DNA of 20,653 nucleotides from a phage: NCBI GenBank assembly GCA_024975835.1, contig GCA_024975835.1_4840.2; one strand, 5' to 3'. Shown piece by piece: positions 15,324 to 20,653 of this stretch (position 1 is its first letter; each line of letters starts with the position of its first letter). The notes under the pieces were generated by a model. It saw only the letters and a program-made list of their open reading frames with translations, ran no database searches and was not told where the DNA came from. The position numbers and the translations under genes were made by a program.

Positions 15324-18266
15324 ATGTCAATGCCAAGTTTCCTCCAGTTCATGCAAGAAAGAGATCAGTTGGACGAAGCGTTCAACTCCGCTCCTTATGA
15401 GCTGACCATGGGTAAGAAGAACGCAGGCGATGTGTTCTTTACCTTCATCGATGAAGACGAAAAAGAATTCCGTATTCAATTCTATACCCCACAAGGTCTA
15501 GGCAAGAATGTCCGCCAGGTCTTCATCGGCCAGAAGCGCGGCTCCGTCTATCCTGACGCCATCGCTCGCTTCAAGAACCCAATGCGCGTTATTGCTTCCA
15601 TGATCGAAGCGACCAAACAATTCATGGCGACTCCTCTGGGCAAAACTATCGATGGCTATGCTGTCAACTTCTCGAAGAAAGCGCTGGATCGCGGTATGAC
15701 CCTGATTCCTAAGATCATCCGCCAGTCCGGTCTGAAGCAGAAACTGAATGTCATGGACCTGACCTACGCGCCTGTCCCTGACCGTGGTTATGTGTGGCTA
15801 GTTCGTAAGGGCAAAGATCCGGCTCAGGTATTCGACGGTCCGAAGATGCAGGGTATCACCTGGGATGATCCAGACAAGGTCGGTGACGTTCCGGTTCAGA
15901 ACAATACTCCGGACGTGGGGGCTTCGTCTTCTCACAACAGTTCAGAGGTTGAAGTCAACCGTGATTGGTATAACTCTTCCGACACCAGTCTTAAATTGAA
16001 GAATGGTCGCGACCCGATTCGCGGAAACTACGTCCGCCTGATGAGCGGTTCCCGTGAAGTTGCCACCTTCTATGGCTACAATTTTGATAAATACCCGGAT
16101 AACACAGAAGTATCCTGGAGCATGAAGCGCGGTTTCACCAACCAGGACTTAGTCGGCGCAGACATGTCTAAACAGAAGAAAGGGTTGTATGACCAGTACA
16201 CATTCAAGAAAGGCGGGCAGGTTGTGCTTGTTGTGGATGTTGACACCAGCAATTCATCTTCTGTTGATGATTCCAACGGATGGAAATTAACTTCAAACGG
16301 GGATCAGCCCATGTTGATATGGGCTGGTAAGGAGAGAGGCCGCACGAATACGGCAAATATCGCTCCCCACTACAATGAGCCGGGCGTGTATGTTGGCGCA
16401 TACATGAATGAGAAACCTGTGCGTGGGCAAAGTGCTGATTTCATTGCTCGTCAGTTGAAATTACCACAAGTCCCTATCAGTATCCTGAATGATTTCACCA
16501 CGGCGTCCACAAAATTTTGGAAAGGTTCTCAACAGAAATCTGCGCCTGTTGTGCCGGCAGGTTCGGACAGAAATAACCCAGCCAACATTATCGGTTCTGG
16601 AACTGCTGTTATTGATGCCAAACGACTTGGTGCTCGGGAAGTAAACGTGGAACGATTCAAAAACGGCGTTCGCATGCGTTCTCAAAACGGTGACGTCGAC
16701 ATCAGTATTTCTGACCCAGACTTTTCAAATGCAGCAAGTGTGGCTGATGCTGCCACAGCCTCTGTTGTGGTCAAGAACGGGCGTTACGAAGGTGCCATCA
16801 ATTCAAAGCGCAAGATTGCCCGCACCTCGAACGAGCAGGGTACTGAATGGGATATTATCGGCGTCAACGGGGAAATCCTTGTCTCTATCAAGTTGAACAA
16901 AGTGTCTAAATCCGCATCAGATTCGACCGAGGGTGCAACCAGTGTTGATCAATTACGTGACAGTGGTTTCATCGCTCGTGTTCTGGGTATCATTGATACC
17001 AACGTTGGGCTGGACACTTCTATTCTTCCTGGTGAAAACATCCGTCGCGTGGGCGCTGGTCGTTACACGACGGCAGGCGGGTTGGTTATCGTTGTCAACT
17101 TCACAAACGTCCTCGCTGGTTTCGTTCAATACTCAGTTTTCAGCGAAATTGCTGAAGAGGAGAACGTGGCCAAAGGTAGCGCCCGTGACGTCGCCAAGGC
17201 GGTAATTGCGTCCATCTTTGAGGTTGCTAAGACCCAGTACACTGGCAAATGGGAAATTAGCGCAGTGCCAACAAGCGCTCCATATCCTATCAAAGCCATT
17301 CGCCGTTCTCGGGGCTGGGGTTATGTGGAAACCGCAAACTGGACTCTGACAGTGTCCGACGCTGTCCTGAATCGTGTGAAGCCAGGGAAAACTGCTCTAC
17401 TGGAACTCATCAAAGAACCTCCGCGTGGCAAGCACCCGCTGGAAATCATCCCAGAGAAGGGCGACAAGACCCTGATGCTGAAAGATCGTATTACCGGGGC
17501 CATCTATGGTTCTATCGACCTGAATGCCCAAGGCGCTGATCTGGTCAACTCTGGAACCCTGAAGATACCAAGCAACGCCATGGTGTTTGGTGAGACTGTC
17601 AACGGTATGTCCATTCGGTGGGATGTCAATTTCCCCGAAACGGGAAAATACGCCGGTACTTCTATGATAACCAACGTGACCTATTACTACGACAAAGGTA
17701 AAGTTGCATTCACCCCAATTGTCTCTCAGAAAGGGCGTACCCTGAACAATCCGAAGACATATGAACTTCCTTTAAACAAAGATATGGTCCAGAGTGTGAT
17801 TGATGAGATTTCATCAAAAATGGTATATCTTTCCAGAAACCTCCAACAGTTGAAAAGTCAGTCATACAACCCAAACCAGGTGTTCTTGAACGATATAACC
17901 ATCACGGATAAAGGTGAAGTGATTTGGAATGATTACAACTTGTCTGACGGCAAAGTTACACAAATTATGCTGTCCATGATAAGCGCAGAAAATAAACGCC
18001 TAGAGAAAGTGGCAAACAAGCCGGATATCAATATCACATTGCCAAAGAAACAAGCTGAAGTGGTAGAATTTATAAACCGGATGATTGACATTGATCTCAC
18101 CCCTTATGTGAGAACCCCCAAAAAACGTGATGTGGTATTATTTGACTCTTCTGAATTGTCGATAAACCAACTCAACAACATAGAACGCCTGGGAAGAGAA
18201 ACAGGAAAATGGTCTCTTCAGTCAAACGGCGGTATGGGTCATGCACTATTCCTGAATGTTTGGTGA
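15324..18266 (+). CDS. large orphan protein (980 aa); possible packaged/injected virion protein
   Basis: Uninterrupted 2.9-kb ORF with SD GGAG upstream. No nucleotide-binding or catalytic motifs recognised. N-terminus MSMPSFLQFMQERDQLDEAF loosely resembles T4 internal-protein targeting sequences. Ser/Asn/Gly-rich middle segments. Confidence 0.75.
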   Translation: MSMPSFLQFMQERDQLDEAFNSAPYELTMGKKNAGDVFFTFIDEDEKEFRIQFYTPQGLGKNVRQVFIGQKRGSVYPDAIARFKNPMRVIASMIEATKQFMATPLGKTIDGYAVNFSKKALDRGMTLIPKIIRQSGLKQKLNVMDLTYAPVPDRGYVWLVRKGKDPAQVFDGPKMQGITWDDPDKVGDVPVQNNTPDVGASSSHNSSEVEVNRDWYNSSDTSLKLKNGRDPIRGNYVRLMSGSREVATFYGYNFDKYPDNTEVSWSMKRGFTNQDLVGADMSKQKKGLYDQYTFKKGGQVVLVVDVDTSNSSSVDDSNGWKLTSNGDQPMLIWAGKERGRTNTANIAPHYNEPGVYVGAYMNEKPVRGQSADFIARQLKLPQVPISILNDFTTASTKFWKGSQQKSAPVVPAGSDRNNPANIIGSGTAVIDAKRLGAREVNVERFKNGVRMRSQNGDVDISISDPDFSNAASVADAATASVVVKNGRYEGAINSKRKIARTSNEQGTEWDIIGVNGEILVSIKLNKVSKSASDSTEGATSVDQLRDSGFIARVLGIIDTNVGLDTSILPGENIRRVGAGRYTTAGGLVIVVNFTNVLAGFVQYSVFSEIAEEENVAKGSARDVAKAVIASIFEVAKTQYTGKWEISAVPTSAPYPIKAIRRSRGWGYVETANWTLTVSDAVLNRVKPGKTALLELIKEPPRGKHPLEIIPEKGDKTLMLKDRITGAIYGSIDLNAQGADLVNSGTLKIPSNAMVFGETVNGMSIRWDVNFPETGKYAGTSMITNVTYYYDKGKVAFTPIVSQKGRTLNNPKTYELPLNKDMVQSVIDEISSKMVYLSRNLQQLKSQSYNPNQVFLNDITITDKGEVIWNDYNLSDGKVTQIMLSMISAENKRLEKVANKPDINITLPKKQAEVVEFINRMIDIDLTPYVRTPKKRDVVLFDSSELSINQLNNIERLGRETGKWSLQSNGGMGHALFLNVW

Positions 18267-18291
18267 AACTAGCTGGACTTGAACAGAATAA

Positions 18292-18307
18292 AGCCCCTTC
18301 GGGGGCT
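18292..18307 (+). terminator. hairpin with UUCG tetraloop immediately 3' of the 980-aa gene
   Basis: AGCCCC-TTCG-GGGGCT, a perfect 6-bp GC-rich stem. It abuts the late promoter box, so the downstream tail is A/T-rich rather than a pure U-tract. Confidence 0.45.
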
Positions 18308-18315
18308 TATAAATA
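18308..18315 (+). promoter_or_regulatory. T4-type late promoter box TATAAATA
   Basis: Exact TATAAATA 25 nt upstream of ATG 18341, with SD GAGGAGAG in between. Only two exact copies exist in the window on either strand. Confidence 0.55.
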
Positions 18316-18340
18316 ACTTAAATCCCCGAGGAGAGATCCA

Positions 18341-18661
18341 ATGAAACCTTTTATCGAATATTTTAAAGAACAAGCCGCTCAACCCCAGACCCATGCTGGT
18401 GTCCAGGGCAAAAGCGTAACCATCACCAAACAAGCTGATGGCACTCAGTGGTGCTCCGGTGCTACCGTGACCCAGATCACCCCTGACAATCAGGCGGATG
18501 TATATAACCTGGAGTTAACCAACGGCAACACCATCAAGGTGAAGCTGACTCCGGATCAGACCCATGGCATCACCCAAGGCCAGGAAGTTGTTGCTGTCTA
18601 TGACGGCTTCGAATTCTTCTTTGGCAAGTCTGTCGACAAAGGCCAGGTGACCGAAGCCTAA
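18341..18661 (+). CDS. small late protein (106 aa) with T4 internal-protein-like N-terminus
   Basis: Driven by TATAAATA. N-terminus MKPFIEYFKE parallels the T4 IPI/IPII/IPIII capsid-targeting sequence MKTYQEFIAE (M-K-x-aromatic-x-E-aromatic-hydrophobic-x-E). Confidence 0.7.
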   Translation: MKPFIEYFKEQAAQPQTHAGVQGKSVTITKQADGTQWCSGATVTQITPDNQADVYNLELTNGNTIKVKLTPDQTHGITQGQEVVAVYDGFEFFFGKSVDKGQVTEA

Positions 18662-18715
18662 TGTCCAAGAACTGGCGAACATGGACAAGATGACTCTGAT
18701 CAAGCCGTGATGACA

Positions 18716-18747
18716 ATCCCCCTAAATACAGGGGGATTTCTTTTTCT
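18716..18747 (+). terminator. rho-independent terminator
   Basis: ATCCCCC-TAAATACA-GGGGGAT followed by TTCTTTTTCT, downstream of the stop at 18661. Confidence 0.7.
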
Positions 18748-18759
18748 GAGGACAACATC

Positions 18760-19113
18760 ATGGTCAATGCGAGTATTTTCATCAACCGTGGACTGCTTGC
18801 TATAGCCCACTCTCATGCCTTGCACTTCGTTACAACATCCTATGCCAAGCACAAGGCACTCGGGGAGTTCTACGGGGAACTGGAGGGCTTGCTGGACACG
18901 TTTACCGAAGCATACATCGGTGCGGGTGGTCAGTATGTTCCATCATTCGAGAATATCAAATTGTACAACCCAGACCCTATCTCCTATATTAACAGTGTGG
19001 TGATAGACGTCGATGGCATCTACAAGCAGTGTGACTCCCACCTTCAGAACACACTTGATGAAATCAAGACGCTGTGCTATCAGACGATCTACAAACTGAA
19101 GCAGCTGTCGTAA
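18760..19113 (+). CDS. hypothetical protein (117 aa)
   Basis: ATG with GAGGA about 8 nt upstream. His-rich N-terminal half (AIAHSHALHF...HKALGEFYGELEGLLDTFTEAY) faintly resembles ferritin/Dps helices, which is not sufficient for a call. Confidence 0.5.
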   Translation: MVNASIFINRGLLAIAHSHALHFVTTSYAKHKALGEFYGELEGLLDTFTEAYIGAGGQYVPSFENIKLYNPDPISYINSVVIDVDGIYKQCDSHLQNTLDEIKTLCYQTIYKLKQLS

Positions 19114-19139
19114 GTCAATACGAAATAAAGGCATATAAT
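19113..19139 (+). promoter_or_regulatory. candidate sigma70-type promoter (perfect -10 TATAAT, weak -35)
   Basis: TATAAT at 19134-19139. Best -35 candidates AGTCAA/GTCAAT are 14-15 nt upstream, which is sub-optimal spacing. Lies in the longest intergenic gap of the window, upstream of the primase. Confidence 0.35.
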
Positions 19140-19170
19140 TTTGCTCATTATTCACCAAAAGGAAAGGACA

Positions 19171-19257
19171 ATGAGCAAAATCTTTACCCCGGTACATTCA
19201 CAACTGCATGAATCTCTTGGACAGCTTCGCCCACTTCGAGCACAACACGGCTGGTAA
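19171..19257 (+). CDS. micro-ORF (28 aa) with very strong SD; possibly a leader peptide
   Basis: AAAGGAAAGGA then ATG at 19171; translates to MSKIFTPVHSQLHESLGQLRPLRAQHGW. The start codon sits inside an 8-bp perfect inverted repeat. Coding status unproven. Confidence 0.3.
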   Translation: MSKIFTPVHSQLHESLGQLRPLRAQHGW

Positions 19258-19355
19258 ACAAATATTTTGTATAGGGCTTGGCGACAACTGTGTATAGCTC
19301 AAAGTCGTGGTGTAGACTATACTGTGACCGAAGTGTTCCAGAGGCAGAAGATCTA

Positions 19356-20414
19356 ATGAAATTTCTTGACGAGCAATTTATCAACAACGTGTCACCTCGC
19401 CTTGACAAGTTCAAGTGGGAGCGCGTGGGTTCTGTTGCGAACTTCCGTTGCCCTCTGTGCGGTGACTCCACGAAGTCTGCTAACAAGCGCCGTGGATACT
19501 TCTTCTATGATCGGGATCATGACTGCTTCCGGTTCAAGTGCCACAACTGCAACCAGATGAATGGCTGGTCATTTGAGTTCTGGTTGAAGAAGTTCGATGA
19601 GCGCCTCTCAACAGAATACAACATGGAGAAGTTCCGTCTGCTGGGTGATACGTCGGACAGACCACTTCCTTCCCTGAAGCCGTTGCCAAAGCTGACACAG
19701 ACCGCCCGTATTGGCTCAGTGGCGGCAAAACGCGACGAGAGCCTCCTCGGCAATATGCTACGGCTTGATCTGCTACCGCCTGACCATAAGGCTCGACAGT
19801 ACGTACAGTGGCGTGGACTGCCGGAGAGCACTTTGTCCCTCCTGTATTACACACAGCACTTCCGCCAGGATCTACTCCAGTTCGAAACGAACCCTGAGAA
19901 GCAGCTGAAGATCCCCGATGACGAGCGGCTGGTGATTCCGTTCTGGACTCAGGATGGTCGCATGAAGATCGTTCAGGGGCGTGCATTCGACAAGAATGCG
20001 ACACTGCGCTACGCAACAGTCAAGCCCAAGGATGAAGACACTAAGGTGTATGGTGAAGACCGGGTGAACATTCACAAAACCAAGCTGGTTGTGGAAGGTC
20101 CGATTGACAGCCTGTTCCTACCCAACTGTCTTGCATCGGCCGACGCTGATCTACTGAGCGTGAAGGGTGACATTTATATCCCTGATAATCAGTACCGGAA
20201 CCCGCAGGTGTGTGACGGTATTCAGAAGATGATAGATAAAGGTGTCAAAGTTGTACTGTTCCCACCAGACGTTCCTTGGAAGGATATCAACGACATGGTC
20301 ATGCCATCAAAGGGCAACATGTCCATACAAGACCTCCTGAAACTGATCGCCAAGAACGTTTACCAAGGTATGGCCGCATCATTACAATTCGCTGAACTGA
20401 GGAAAGTGCGATGA
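19356..20414 (+). CDS. DNA primase, gp61-like (zinc ribbon plus TOPRIM)
   Basis: Start ATG 19356 (MKFLDEQF...); the track start at 19278 is TTG. Zinc-binding CPLCGD...CHNC, TOPRIM-like LVVEGPIDSLFL and acidic DINDM. Size about 352 aa, close to T4 gp61. Confidence 0.8.
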   Translation: MKFLDEQFINNVSPRLDKFKWERVGSVANFRCPLCGDSTKSANKRRGYFFYDRDHDCFRFKCHNCNQMNGWSFEFWLKKFDERLSTEYNMEKFRLLGDTSDRPLPSLKPLPKLTQTARIGSVAAKRDESLLGNMLRLDLLPPDHKARQYVQWRGLPESTLSLLYYTQHFRQDLLQFETNPEKQLKIPDDERLVIPFWTQDGRMKIVQGRAFDKNATLRYATVKPKDEDTKVYGEDRVNIHKTKLVVEGPIDSLFLPNCLASADADLLSVKGDIYIPDNQYRNPQVCDGIQKMIDKGVKVVLFPPDVPWKDINDMVMPSKGNMSIQDLLKLIAKNVYQGMAASLQFAELRKVR

Positions 20415-20617
20415 CGTTAGAAGAACTGAACAAACTGGACGACGGAGAGATCGTGCGGGGGTACTTGAAATCTCGTGAGGGGTATGTCTTATCTGGGGAA
20501 GAGTCTCTGAGTTTCATCCACGGCTGGAAGAATGGTCAGGCGGACTTCCATGGGGTTCCCATCAGTGATGAGCAGGCCGAATTGGCTCGCGAGTTTGTAA
20601 GATTTCGCCCGAACTAA
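20411..20617 (+). CDS. hypothetical protein (68 aa)
   Basis: ATGA overlap with the primase stop. No motifs recognised. Confidence 0.45.
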   Translation: MTLEELNKLDDGEIVRGYLKSREGYVLSGEESLSFIHGWKNGQADFHGVPISDEQAELAREFVRFRPN

Positions 20618-20653
20618 AACTTTTTAATTCACATTACTTCCCTCCAGGCCTCA

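Noticed and set aside
10-18680. Shared 11-mer AACTGGCGAAC at 10-20 and 18669-18679
   Set aside because: Only two copies, and an 11-nt match between two positions in a 20-kb window is expected by chance. No flanking similarity supports a repeat element.
18760-19113. Dps/ferritin-like assignment for the 117-aa protein
   Set aside because: Only a loose His/Glu helix pattern, and the protein is about 40 aa shorter than Dps. Insufficient without a profile search.
1-20653. tRNA genes, CRISPR arrays, integrase/transposase, terminal or attachment repeats
   Set aside because: No T-loop-like GTTCRANYC motifs in cloverleaf context, no regularly spaced direct repeats, and no recombinase-like ORFs were seen. 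The content is consistent with an internal region of a virulent phage.

Overview
This window reads as a densely packed stretch of a virulent dsDNA phage genome with a T4-type core. Almost every gene is on the + strand, many with overlapping stop/start codons (ATGA, TAATG), punctuated by hairpin terminators. Recognisable genes are an HU-like DNA-binding protein, an SF2 helicase with a Cys-rich insert, a type-1 RNase H, a gp55-like late sigma factor followed directly by gp47 (Mre11/SbcD-like) and gp46 (Rad50/SbcC-like), and a gp61-like zinc-ribbon/TOPRIM primase. Two exact T4-type late-promoter boxes (TATAAATA) are present, one driving the only minus-strand gene. By eye the base composition is far less AT-rich than T4 itself, and the genes around the core are mostly orphans. 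These include an early-looking block of secreted, lipoprotein and membrane proteins, a ParB/Srx-like protein, a protein I believe matches the DUF4326 family, an SLT-like transglycosylase with a signal/SAR-like N-terminus, and a 980-aa orphan. The most unusual signals are a 9-mer (TATATCATG) fused to five start codons, and T4 internal-protein-like N-termini on a small late protein and, more weakly, on the 980-aa protein. I found no tRNA, CRISPR array, integrase or transposase. All functional calls come from motif recognition by eye; no database search was run.
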